Origin: a virus
Taxonomy: Duplodnaviria; Caudoviricetes
DNA length: 64,000 nt
IMG/VR virus record: IMGVR_UViG_3300031998_000008
Coordinates: 96,001 to 160,000 of that record
Reading direction: 5' to 3' (one strand)
The position numbers were made by a program, and so were the translations under genes. The notes beneath the pieces are model-generated. The model worked only from the letters and a program-made list of their open reading frames with translations, did not search any database and was not told where the DNA came from. Every line of letters begins with the position of its first letter. Position 1 is the stretch's first letter. Below are positions 9,188 through 18,461 of the stretch, one piece after another.

Positions 9188-9972
9188 TGAAAGATTTGAC
9201 TATTATTATACCTGTAAAGGAATATGAGCCATCAATGGATAAACTCATTAACCGTGCGGTTGAAAGTTGTGCAGACAATAAGATAATTTTGGTTGGCAAA
9301 GGCGTTGAAAAATACAAATTCCAAACAGATGACGAAATGGCTGTTCAACCATCATTGACATATCTTGAAAACACTTCAGATAATTTAACATATCAACATA
9401 ATGTTAATATTGCAGTTGACACCGTTGAAACCAAATATTTTTCAGTTCTTGAATATGATGATTTTTATTCAGAAATTTGGTTCGACAATGTTGAAAAGAA
9501 CATTGAATATGATGTTGATGATACTTCAGTGTTTTTGCCATTGACAGAAGTTGTGGAGTATGATGAAGATGACACAAAGCCACATAATACGATTGGCTAT
9601 TCAAATGAAGCATTTTGGGCTTCATCATTCTCAGATGAAATCGGATGCCTTGACATGGAATCATTGCAAAACTATTTGAGTTTTAATGTTTCAGGTGCAA
9701 TTTTCAAGACAAGTGACTTTGTTTCTCTTGGAAAATTGAAAGAATCAATAAAACTTGTGTTTTGGCTTGAATACTTGTTAAGGGCATTACACGAAGAAAA
9801 GAGAATGTATGTTATTCCAAAGGTTGGATGCTATCATTTTATTGGTAGAAAAGATAGTATGATGAGTGAATACGAATCAACAATGTCAGAAAAAGAAGCC
9901 GATTGGTGGGTTGATTTGGCTAAGAAAGAATTCTTCTTTAAAAAGGATAGAAATAAAGTGTACGAAGGATAA
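9187..9972 (+). CDS. Glycosyltransferase family 2-like (GT-A)
   Basis: DLTIIIPV N-terminus and YFSVLEYDD (DxD-like). Confidence 0.7.
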   Translation: MKDLTIIIPVKEYEPSMDKLINRAVESCADNKIILVGKGVEKYKFQTDDEMAVQPSLTYLENTSDNLTYQHNVNIAVDTVETKYFSVLEYDDFYSEIWFDNVEKNIEYDVDDTSVFLPLTEVVEYDEDDTKPHNTIGYSNEAFWASSFSDEIGCLDMESLQNYLSFNVSGAIFKTSDFVSLGKLKESIKLVFWLEYLLRALHEEKRMYVIPKVGCYHFIGRKDSMMSEYESTMSEKEADWWVDLAKKEFFFKKDRNKVYEG

Positions 9973-9991
9973 TAATTAACGATGCAAGCAT

Positions 9992-10023
9992 AAATGGGGT
10001 ACAAGTACATATGTGCCCCATTT
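9992..10023 (+). terminator. Hairpin / probable terminator
   Basis: AAATGGGGTACA/TGTGCCCCATTT stem. Confidence 0.6.
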
Positions 10024-10126
10024 TAAAACATCATCGGTAAGGTCCTTGAAGGAATATGATTAGAGAAAGTACATTTTAAATGTAGAGTGGATGTTTTGCT
10101 GAGTTTTTAAAAGAAATTTAGCAGAA

Positions 10127-11017
10127 ATGGCAAAAAGAGGAAGAAAACCAAAGGAAAGAAAAGGCTATTTTTATGATACAGAAGAGGCCGCTATAGTACA
10201 ATATATTAACGAAGACAACATATTAGAAAAAAACAAGATATTCAACACGATTCTATATCCTGCTTTGACAAAGATGATAGAATCCATAATCAGGAGATAC
10301 AAATTGTTTGTTCCTGATGAAGAGTTTGAACAGAATTTTAGTGATACAATATCATATTTGCTAACAAAAATTAACCATTTTAAGCCTGAAATTTATTGTT
10401 ATGACCCGTATAGTGGAGATACAGAAAACATTGAATTGGTTGAAGTTAGTGAAAGTGAATACAGAGAAAAGGTAAAATGTGCCGAAGAAACTGACCCTGA
10501 GTTCATTCATGTTGATTTTGAGGATGATGAAGAAAAGAATGGTAATTTCAAAAAGACACTTCACAAATATAAAGCATATTCTTATTGTGGTACGGTTTGT
10601 AGAAACTACCTAATGTATAAATGTTCTCAATACACAAAGAAAAAACTTAGAAATTCGTCATATGAAGATGTCTATGAGGATATTAATAATGATGAAAGAT
10701 TTTCAACATATGATGACAGTTTTGCAACCCATGCAGAGAATTTAATTAAAAATGTTTCTTCTGAAATAGAAAAAACAATTGAGGAAAGAGATTTGAATTC
10801 TTTAACTGATGATGAGGTTAAGGTTGGAAAGTCTCTTATAAATCTTTTGAGAAACTGGGAAGATGTTTTACCGAATGAGGGAAGCAAAAAATTACAGAAA
10901 TCTTCAATACTATATTATTTGAGGGAAGATACCATGATGACCACAAAGGCATTGAGGGATAACATGAAGAAATACAAGTGTATGTATCAATTCCTTAAAA
11001 AGAAAGAACTTGAATAG
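10127..11017 (+). CDS. Putative phage late-transcription sigma factor (T4 gp55-like)
   Basis: Sigma region-2-like segments: LTKMIESIIRRY, ISYLLTKINHFKPE ... KAYSYCGTVCRNYL. Confidence 0.55.
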   Translation: MAKRGRKPKERKGYFYDTEEAAIVQYINEDNILEKNKIFNTILYPALTKMIESIIRRYKLFVPDEEFEQNFSDTISYLLTKINHFKPEIYCYDPYSGDTENIELVEVSESEYREKVKCAEETDPEFIHVDFEDDEEKNGNFKKTLHKYKAYSYCGTVCRNYLMYKCSQYTKKKLRNSSYEDVYEDINNDERFSTYDDSFATHAENLIKNVSSEIEKTIEERDLNSLTDDEVKVGKSLINLLRNWEDVLPNEGSKKLQKSSILYYLREDTMMTTKALRDNMKKYKCMYQFLKKKELE

Positions 11018-11030
11018 ATTTTTGGTCCTT

Positions 11031-11039
11031 ACTATTTAT
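11031..11039 (+). promoter_or_regulatory. Putative late promoter motif
   Basis: ACTATTTAT 19 nt upstream of 11059. Confidence 0.7.
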
Positions 11040-11058
11040 TGATATATATTAAGAAATT

Positions 11059-11466
11059 ATGGAAGTAAAGAGATATAAGGTAAGATTAAATTCTGTTGAA
11101 AAGATTGAAGAATTGCTTCAAGAGATATACGACCAAGCATGTAGGCAAATTACAGAAATACAGAATGAAATAAATAAGCTCGTAAATTCAACCAATATGG
11201 CTGAAGAGGGCTTTTCTATTGATGCAAAGGCAACATATGCAAAGTCAATTCATGATTTTATTGGCGATAAGCAAAAAGCAATTGCCGCAAAGTTTGAAGT
11301 TGCCAAATTCATGGGTGAAATATTGAAGCATAATGGCGATGCAGCCGCAACAGTTAACGATAAGAACTTTAAAAAGAGAACATCACTCAACCTTAATGAA
11401 ATCAAGAATATGCTTGATGAGGATAATAGTGATGGTCCCGTTACTTATGACATCAAAAAAAATTAA
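11059..11466 (+). CDS. Hypothetical late protein (helical)
   Basis: First gene after a late motif. Confidence 0.75.
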   Translation: MEVKRYKVRLNSVEKIEELLQEIYDQACRQITEIQNEINKLVNSTNMAEEGFSIDAKATYAKSIHDFIGDKQKAIAAKFEVAKFMGEILKHNGDAAATVNDKNFKKRTSLNLNEIKNMLDEDNSDGPVTYDIKKN

Positions 11467-11472
11467 TGATAA

Positions 11473-14049
11473 ATGACTCAAACTGATAGGATATTAAGCA
11501 ATATTGGCGCAATAAGAACATTGCTTGAGAATTTTCCCATGGGATTGTTCGATAGAAATGGGAAAACATATACCTCATCTTTTGAGTTTATAATGGATGT
11601 TCTTAGGTGCTGTGGTATTAATGACCAAGAACTTATTTCATATATTATTGGTAAGATATATGGATTTGAGGGAAAACCTGGCTATACGATAAATGGGTTA
11701 TATGAAAAAATAAAGCGTGGCGACATTAATGTTGACATGCAAAACCCATTTATTTCTGGTCTTGAAACTGCTATAAAGGCTATTTTAATGGCTTTGTTTA
11801 CAAGTATATACACATGTTCAGCACTGCCAATTTTACCAAATAAGGTATTTGATTATGACAGTCTTTCATATTTAATGACAAACAATGCTGCCATTATTTC
11901 AAGAAGGAGCCAAACTAACGATAGAGATTATAAAGTAAAAATACCAGTATCAACAATTGATATTATGGGTATGTTGTCAATATCACCAACAACAAGTGAT
12001 GGCTCTTTGTATTATTTGACTGACGGTCATGATGTTTATTATCATAAGGAATATATAGATAGTTCTTGGACAATTACACAAAGTAGGCTTGTAAATGCAG
12101 GCGAATCATATTCAGGTCATGAAAAAACGTATGATAGTGAATATTTGATATATTTTGGATATGAATTTCCGAATGGCTTTTTTACTGTAAAAAAATATGA
12201 CATAACACATGGTACTACTAATGTTGCACCTGCACCTACCGATTTATTAGTTAATATTGATTATTTAGAGGCTAATACTGATGCTGCAAAAACAAAATCT
12301 GTTTTGATACCAAGAGGTGAAAGTAGTGTTGACTTATTCACATTACAAAATTGTGTAAGAGTCGGAGATGATTTTTACCCAACAAAAATACTTGGTATGA
12401 CAATTAATGGGAATACACAAGGATGTGAAGTCGGCAATTCAGATGATGGGCTATCTTGGGCCTATTTAACAACAACAAATGGTGATGTTGGTAGGTGGGA
12501 AACAAATGGTGCTCCAATAGATATAGACATGTTTGGTCATTCTAAATCAGGTGAAACAAGTGTTAAGGTTTTAGTTGCTGATGTTACCGATAATTACATG
12601 TGTGAAGTTGAACAATCAGCAACAATAATAACATATAAGTCTGTTGAGAGTGGAGTAAATAAAGATGTTGCAATTAGATATACCTATGTTCCTGAATATG
12701 TATATGAAGAAGACCCTGATGATATTGTTTGTTATGAGGGTATGAATCCTAATCTTGTGTATAGGGCATATGATATGAATGCCTTTATTTGGTATTGCTA
12801 TAATAGGTTTAATATTGCAAATCAAGAAGAGGAAAACCATTTAATGTGGGATAGTAGAATATCAGCAAGTAAAAATGGTATTATAAGGTCAAGCGGTACT
12901 GAATGGAATAGATGGTATTCTTCAAAAAGTGCTGAAGGTGAAGAATTTGAATATATTTCAAATCCAGATTCCGAAGTGTTATATCCAATTATTCAAGTTG
13001 AACGATATAACGACAGTGAACTTTTGGTGAGAATACCTGCACAAAGATATTATGCACCAAGAAAGAGAGAACAAATTTATGATGGCACATATGATGGAAC
13101 TGGCCATTATTTTAATGCAAGTATTTACAGGTTCGATTGGGAGTATCTTAAAAATATACAAATACTTAATCCAAAACTTTTATTGGTTAGGTTAATTGAA
13201 CATTTAATTGGGCTTTCTTTAGATGCTGCTTCAAGTTTAAAATTCAATGTAACACAAAAAAGAATAGAGGCTGTTTTATCAAAGGCTGTTAAGTCTATTA
13301 TTACGGCAAACGACATGGAAGTTGAAGATTGTTGGAAATCGTTTTCAAATGAAGATTATAACGATTTACTTGAAGAAATGCTTCTAAGTAGATATACCGC
13401 AAGTAGCACAAATGGTGAATCAAACAGAATTAGAACATATGACATAAATGATTATGTTAATCAGTTGGACCAAATAAGTCAAAATGTAACATCACAAGGT
13501 ACTACAACGATGATTACAAAGACCGTAACAAACGTTATGATGACAGATGGCTCTGAAGAATCAACTGAATATGGTTTTGAATATGGGTTTGATTCAAATA
13601 TGCTTAGTAAATTGATTTGGGCTGTTGTTATGCCAATTGTCGAATCATTGTTTACACCACAAGTTATGCTTTTGATGATGATTAACTTCCAATTATTGGG
13701 GGTTGTTAATATTGATAATGCATTTGGGAATGATTTTACAAAGATTTTGAATTTGCTTATTAACAAATTGCTTGGACTTGTTAAATCAATTGTTCTTTAT
13801 ATAAAAGATAAGATAATAGCATTATTGCTTGAACTATTCAATAAGATAATAACACCTATTTTAACGAATATGGCTTTAATGCTTTATCTTGAAATGATTA
13901 CTGATTGGCTTGTCATATTACTTAATGCTGTTAAATGTATTCCTATGTTGTTTGGCGGTCTTAATAAGCCAATTGGGTATATTGAAGATGTTGATTATGC
14001 TGATATAGTCAATGAACAGAATGTACCAGAAAGTGCTTCTGAGTGTTAA
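11473..14049 (+). CDS. Large putative virion (baseplate/tail) protein
   Basis: 858 aa, in a late operon with the gp5-like gene; hydrophobic helical C-terminus. Confidence 0.55.
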   Translation: MTQTDRILSNIGAIRTLLENFPMGLFDRNGKTYTSSFEFIMDVLRCCGINDQELISYIIGKIYGFEGKPGYTINGLYEKIKRGDINVDMQNPFISGLETAIKAILMALFTSIYTCSALPILPNKVFDYDSLSYLMTNNAAIISRRSQTNDRDYKVKIPVSTIDIMGMLSISPTTSDGSLYYLTDGHDVYYHKEYIDSSWTITQSRLVNAGESYSGHEKTYDSEYLIYFGYEFPNGFFTVKKYDITHGTTNVAPAPTDLLVNIDYLEANTDAAKTKSVLIPRGESSVDLFTLQNCVRVGDDFYPTKILGMTINGNTQGCEVGNSDDGLSWAYLTTTNGDVGRWETNGAPIDIDMFGHSKSGETSVKVLVADVTDNYMCEVEQSATIITYKSVESGVNKDVAIRYTYVPEYVYEEDPDDIVCYEGMNPNLVYRAYDMNAFIWYCYNRFNIANQEEENHLMWDSRISASKNGIIRSSGTEWNRWYSSKSAEGEEFEYISNPDSEVLYPIIQVERYNDSELLVRIPAQRYYAPRKREQIYDGTYDGTGHYFNASIYRFDWEYLKNIQILNPKLLLVRLIEHLIGLSLDAASSLKFNVTQKRIEAVLSKAVKSIITANDMEVEDCWKSFSNEDYNDLLEEMLLSRYTASSTNGESNRIRTYDINDYVNQLDQISQNVTSQGTTTMITKTVTNVMMTDGSEESTEYGFEYGFDSNMLSKLIWAVVMPIVESLFTPQVMLLMMINFQLLGVVNIDNAFGNDFTKILNLLINKLLGLVKSIVLYIKDKIIALLLELFNKIITPILTNMALMLYLEMITDWLVILLNAVKCIPMLFGGLNKPIGYIEDVDYADIVNEQNVPESASEC

Positions 14050-14071
14050 TAATTTGTTAATTTTAATTGAA

Positions 14072-14464
14072 ATGAATATATCAAGTATAGTAGATGCAAT
14101 AACAAAGACAATGGAGAGTGCAAAAACACCGGTTAATATTTTACCGCCGATGTTATTAAAGTGTACTTCTTTACTTAGAAGTGGGCTTTCCGCATATAAG
14201 ATAACGGCAAAGATAATACAGAACAACAAAAATATAGGTATCCCAACAGAAGAAAATCCTGATGGAACAACAAATCTTATAAATGCATACACATATAATG
14301 TTGTTAGGGAGATGGTTGATGCTATTAAGAATGATGCGTCTGTACAAGTTGCTGTTCCTGCAAGCAGTTTGCTTATTCAGGCTAATGGGGGAAATGCTGG
14401 TGGACCTATTGTTGTAACAGGTACAAATTTGTTGGATTCAACGGCAACAGGAATAATGCAATAA
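14072..14464 (+). CDS. Putative baseplate-associated protein (start revised to MNISS)
   Basis: ATG at 14072 avoids overlap with the upstream gene; Gly-rich beta C-terminus. Confidence 0.6.
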   Translation: MNISSIVDAITKTMESAKTPVNILPPMLLKCTSLLRSGLSAYKITAKIIQNNKNIGIPTEENPDGTTNLINAYTYNVVREMVDAIKNDASVQVAVPASSLLIQANGGNAGGPIVVTGTNLLDSTATGIMQ

Positions 14465-14475
14465 AATTTAAACAT

Positions 14476-14658
14476 ATGGATAGAACTGACTATAATAATA
14501 TGACAAATACAGAGTTAAAACTTTGTGCTGAAACAACTTTGAATGAATTCTACGCAAAAAAAGCCGAATTAATAGAATTGTGTAAAGAAATAGAAAAAAT
14601 TCAAAATAGGTATAACGCCATAGAAACCGAAATAAGTCTTAGAAAAAATATATTTTAA
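14476..14658 (+). CDS. Small coiled-coil protein
   Basis: 60-aa ORF in the late operon. Confidence 0.65.
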   Translation: MDRTDYNNMTNTELKLCAETTLNEFYAKKAELIELCKEIEKIQNRYNAIETEISLRKNIF

Positions 14659-14660
14659 TC

Positions 14661-15656
14661 ATGGGTTATATAAAGGGTGTTAGATATTGTAGAGTTATTG
14701 ACACAAATGAACAATTTAGTGCATCTGGCGAAACAGATATGGATTTGGTTAAAGTAAGAATATCACCTGAAGATGATGGTATTAGTGATAGTCAAATACC
14801 ATGGGCTTTTCCTTTGTTGCCTAAGATGCTTCATGTTAAACCGAAATTTGGCGAGGGTGTTTTTGTTATTTTAACTGAACTTGATAATGCAATGAGTCAG
14901 AGATATTATATTGGCCCTGTGATTTCTCAAGACCATAGAATATTCAAGGATGATTATACTTATGCAACATCTTTCATGCGTGGTGGTGCGTTCAAGCCTG
15001 ATATTGCTCCAAGTACTAAGCCTGAATTTAATGGGTTAATGCCAAACGATGATGATGTTATTCTTCGTGGTAGAAAAAATGCAGACTTACAAATAACGAA
15101 TGATGATGTTAGAATCAAAGCGGGTGTTAAAGTTGTAAATGAAACAAACAGATATGAAATGCATTTTAATGAGCAAGACCCTGCTTATGTTAAAGTTAAA
15201 TATCATCCTGGTGGATTGATTCAACAGAAAGAATATGGCATTGCAACTGGAGCCACAAGAAATGAAAATGGAACATACAGGATGGAAGGGTCACGTGGTT
15301 CAAAAAGAAGTTTAAAACAAGGCGAAACGGAAGTTATGAGTACCGTTACTCTTGTTGGTGATAAAATTAATCTAATTCAAAATCATTCAAAGGAAAAGGA
15401 GTTTGTTACAACAGATAGAAATGATTTAATTACGGATGATGAATTATACAAGGCATTAAACGAGGCTTACAAACTACCTTATGGCGAGAAGTTGGTTGAA
15501 ATCTTGTCAATATTCATTGATGCATTTATAAAACATACACATCCATTTATGATGAAACCTCCGTGTGAAGCAAATGGAATACCAGATTTAAAGGATAAAA
15601 AAACAGAGTATCTTGATAATGGAAAACTGTTATCAGATACTGTTAGGATAAACTAA
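14661..15656 (+). CDS. Baseplate hub/spike protein (gp5/VgrG-like)
   Basis: OB-fold-like PWAFPLLP..KPKFGEGVFV..RYYIGPV and C-terminal HxH (KHTHP). Confidence 0.65.
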   Translation: MGYIKGVRYCRVIDTNEQFSASGETDMDLVKVRISPEDDGISDSQIPWAFPLLPKMLHVKPKFGEGVFVILTELDNAMSQRYYIGPVISQDHRIFKDDYTYATSFMRGGAFKPDIAPSTKPEFNGLMPNDDDVILRGRKNADLQITNDDVRIKAGVKVVNETNRYEMHFNEQDPAYVKVKYHPGGLIQQKEYGIATGATRNENGTYRMEGSRGSKRSLKQGETEVMSTVTLVGDKINLIQNHSKEKEFVTTDRNDLITDDELYKALNEAYKLPYGEKLVEILSIFIDAFIKHTHPFMMKPPCEANGIPDLKDKKTEYLDNGKLLSDTVRIN

Positions 15657-15660
15657 AAGA

Positions 15661-15687
15661 AAAGGCCGCTTTAAAACGGCCTTTTTT
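15661..15687. terminator. Bidirectional terminator
   Basis: AAAGGCCG/CGGCCTTTTTT between convergent genes. Confidence 0.85.
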
Positions 15688-15688
15688 G

Positions 15689-17341
15689 TTATTCATAACG
15701 TTCAGTAACATCACTTACTATTTCAAACGATAACACATTTTCAAAGAATCGTGTTTCCCTACCATCACTTACCTTAATATCTATGTGATATTTGTGTGGT
15801 ATGAAGTCTTGTGTGTGTATTTTGAAGAAGTTATTCAAAAACCCCTTTTCTATCTTTGTATATGGGATAATTTCAATTTGTCTTGGGCCATCATATACAT
15901 ATATTCTGTATTCACAGCTTGAAATAAGCATTCTTTTGTCTGTTGAGTACTTTTCTCTAAAATCAACAACAACTTCACGTTCTTGGCCACGTTTAAGCCT
16001 TTCGTTGTCATTAATTCCGTATAAAGAAGGAACTAATGAGTTCTTTGAATATGAGTTTTCACCAATCATTAGTTTGTTTGATAATGGCTTTGTTGAAAAT
16101 TCCAATTCAACGTCATCGTTTTTAACGCCATTTAAAGCGATTTTAGACCATTTATCATAATAGATAGCACCAACTTCCATTTCAGATGTTAAATTGCCTA
16201 CAGAGGCACGATAAACGCCTTTTGTGACCTGTTTAACGTTAACTTCACTTCCGTTTATAGTGCATTTTGGGGTTTTGTCAAGGTTTGTTGGTGTTCCGTC
16301 ATCAAAAACATACAAATATAGGTTATTGTTTTTTCCGAGTGTGAATGATTCTCTATCATCCATGATATATTCGTCATAATTTGCTTCGATATACGGGTGG
16401 AAGAATGTATTTGTGTTATCAGTGAAGAATCCAACATAAAATTCTTGAATATAAGAACCTATTTTCTCTGTTTCTGGAACAAATGCAAGGCATAATCCGT
16501 AATTGTCAATGCATTTCTTCTCATAATCTTCAAGAGTTTCATCCATTTCGTCACGTAATTCATCCATGACATATTTTGTTATGTCAATTGAAAGGTTTTC
16601 ACTTCCGAAATCGAAATGTTGTGTGCCTATAATGATTGATTCTTCACCATTCAAATATTTTTCATATTCTTCTGCCAATGTTTCATTTGAATACACACCG
16701 CCATGTAATGCTTCGTTGTTTAATGAATATGAATCGGCCATTTCAATAAGGTCTTTCTTTGCCTTTTCCCAATCTTTATCATCTGAATAGTCGCTTGCTA
16801 TATTGTATATTTCCTGTGATATTTCATCTGACCTTTTTCTGTCATAATATCTTTTCTTTCTGATATTCAATGGTTTTGTATCAAGGTTAAATTTATCTTT
16901 TTCATATTTCCATGGGATAAATTTTTTTGAGAAGTACCAGTTTGAGCCATCTTCTGCATATGCAAGCCTGTTTTGGATGTAGAAATCGTTTTTATAGTCG
17001 AATCCACGTCCTGCATCAAAATCCATTGGCAATTTGAATAGCATTAAATCAAATGAAGATGCTCTTTCAAATTCAAAATCAGGTGAGATGTGTATTGGCT
17101 TGTCGTATGGAACTGTGTCAACTGAAAAACAATTTGTCATCTTGAGCGTGAAAGTTAATTTACTTGGGTCGGCAAACGTTTTGTCGTTTATCAAGTTTTT
17201 AATCTCTGAAATGTCAAAATGAAGCAAACCTCTCATCAAAAATTGTCCATACCCAACACCTAAAATTGGATTTAAACCCAAATTTTGGAGTGAATTTTCC
17301 AATATTGTATTAGTTTTGTCTAAGAAAAAATGTCTAATCAT
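15689..17341 (-). CDS. Putative virion structural protein
   Basis: 550 aa, beta-rich, late motif upstream. Confidence 0.6.
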   Translation of the reverse strand: MIRHFFLDKTNTILENSLQNLGLNPILGVGYGQFLMRGLLHFDISEIKNLINDKTFADPSKLTFTLKMTNCFSVDTVPYDKPIHISPDFEFERASSFDLMLFKLPMDFDAGRGFDYKNDFYIQNRLAYAEDGSNWYFSKKFIPWKYEKDKFNLDTKPLNIRKKRYYDRKRSDEISQEIYNIASDYSDDKDWEKAKKDLIEMADSYSLNNEALHGGVYSNETLAEEYEKYLNGEESIIIGTQHFDFGSENLSIDITKYVMDELRDEMDETLEDYEKKCIDNYGLCLAFVPETEKIGSYIQEFYVGFFTDNTNTFFHPYIEANYDEYIMDDRESFTLGKNNNLYLYVFDDGTPTNLDKTPKCTINGSEVNVKQVTKGVYRASVGNLTSEMEVGAIYYDKWSKIALNGVKNDDVELEFSTKPLSNKLMIGENSYSKNSLVPSLYGINDNERLKRGQEREVVVDFREKYSTDKRMLISSCEYRIYVYDGPRQIEIIPYTKIEKGFLNNFFKIHTQDFIPHKYHIDIKVSDGRETRFFENVLSFEIVSDVTERYE

Positions 17342-17361
17342 TTCAGTAATATTTCTTTATG

Positions 17362-17370
17362 ATAAATAGT
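17362..17370 (-). promoter_or_regulatory. Putative late promoter motif
   Basis: ACTATTTAT on the minus strand, 20 nt before 17341. Confidence 0.7.
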
Positions 17371-17422
17371 ACAAATGGACGAATATTTTTTCTTCAAAAA
17401 TTGGTAAAATAAGTATAGAAAG

Positions 17423-17431
17423 ACTATTTAT
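17423..17431 (+). promoter_or_regulatory. Putative late promoter motif with no downstream CDS
   Basis: ACTATTTATA followed by about 115 nt of structured sequence and a terminator. Confidence 0.65.
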
Positions 17432-17434
17432 AGT

Positions 17435-17549
17435 AAAAGAAGATTGGGAAATATGTTAATGGATTGAAATACTGGCACTGCCCAAATCTCCTATGGAGGT
17501 CACAAGGTTAGCCATAAAAGGAGCCCATGCGCAGGACTCCTATTTTTTT
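17435..17549 (+). ncRNA. Candidate late-expressed structured small RNA
   Basis: Stems AGATTGGG/CCCAAATCT, TATGG/CCATA and AGGAG/CTCCT plus T7; locally GC-richer; no credible ORF. Confidence 0.5.
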
Positions 17550-17557
17550 CCACGGAT

Positions 17558-17585
17558 TTGACTTTTTTTTAAAAAATATTATATT
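17558..17585 (+). promoter_or_regulatory. Early/host-type promoter
   Basis: TTGACT-16 nt-TATATT upstream of 17601. Confidence 0.5.
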
Positions 17586-17600
17586 TTTTAAAAACTAAAA

Positions 17601-18047
17601 ATGAAGAAGATAAAAAGCGAATCCAAATTTCAAGACGAAAGTTTCAAAATTAAGATAGGGACCATGGATAAAAAGAATCCAGAGGTCATTTATATTGAAT
17701 TGGGGTCATACATATCTCCAATTGAAGAAAAGAAATCATACAAGCCTAATATTTCAAACATAGAAAGGGAAACAAAGTCGGTTGTTAGTGCGATTCTTCA
17801 AGAAAGCGGGTTATGTAAGAGTGATTTCATTTTTGTTTCCGATATAGCAGATGAACGAATTGCAAAGGATAAAAAATCATACTTGGAAATGCAATTGTTT
17901 GTCAAACCGTTAGATTCCGTCAGGGAATCCGGAAAGTTCTCAGAACTTAGCGAAAAATTCAATGAAGAGTGCGTTTCAAAGATAGTTCCATGTGTAAAAC
18001 AATACATTACAGAGAATGGCTTTGAATACTATAAATCAAGAAAGTAA
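17601..18047 (+). CDS. Hypothetical protein
   Basis: 148-aa ORF with its own promoter. Confidence 0.75.
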   Translation: MKKIKSESKFQDESFKIKIGTMDKKNPEVIYIELGSYISPIEEKKSYKPNISNIERETKSVVSAILQESGLCKSDFIFVSDIADERIAKDKKSYLEMQLFVKPLDSVRESGKFSELSEKFNEECVSKIVPCVKQYITENGFEYYKSRK

Positions 18048-18056
18048 ACTATTTAT
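18048..18056 (+). promoter_or_regulatory. Putative late promoter motif
   Basis: ACTATTTAT 15 nt before 18072. Confidence 0.7.
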
Positions 18057-18071
18057 AGGAAAAACTATAAA

Positions 18072-18461
18072 ATGCAAGAATTTTACATAAGACAATATTC
18101 CGTTAATCCTGTTTTGGAAATGGAATTGATAAACGATGGAAGATATGATTTCCAAAAATCATTGATAAACGAGGCATTGCAAGATAGTGTTGTAACATTT
18201 AGCATGAAAGATGAAGAAACTGGCTTGCTAAAGGTTGCAAAGGCTGAGGCTAATATAGTTCTTGCAAACGATGAGACTTGTAATGAAAAATATATACTTC
18301 AATACAAATGGAAAGAACGTGATGTCGCCAAAAAGGGTGTATTCAATGGTTGGTTTGAGATAAATTTCAACGGTGATTTGACAAATGGCGATGGTACTGT
18401 ATATCCTGAAGGAAATTTGATAGTTCCTGTTGAAGAAGAATTAAGAATATTTGTAAAATGA
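18072..18461 (+). CDS. Putative virion protein (BppU N-terminal-like Ig fold)
   Basis: FSMKD..LQYKW..D..GxFxGWFEI..LIVP pattern; late motif. Confidence 0.45.
   Translation: MQEFYIRQYSVNPVLEMELINDGRYDFQKSLINEALQDSVVTFSMKDEETGLLKVAKAEANIVLANDETCNEKYILQYKWKERDVAKKGVFNGWFEINFNGDLTNGDGTVYPEGNLIVPVEEELRIFVK

Noticed and set aside
17435-17549. tRNA or known riboswitch identity for the candidate RNA
   Set aside because: No cloverleaf, T-loop (GTTCGA) or recognisable aptamer consensus by eye; needs an Rfam search
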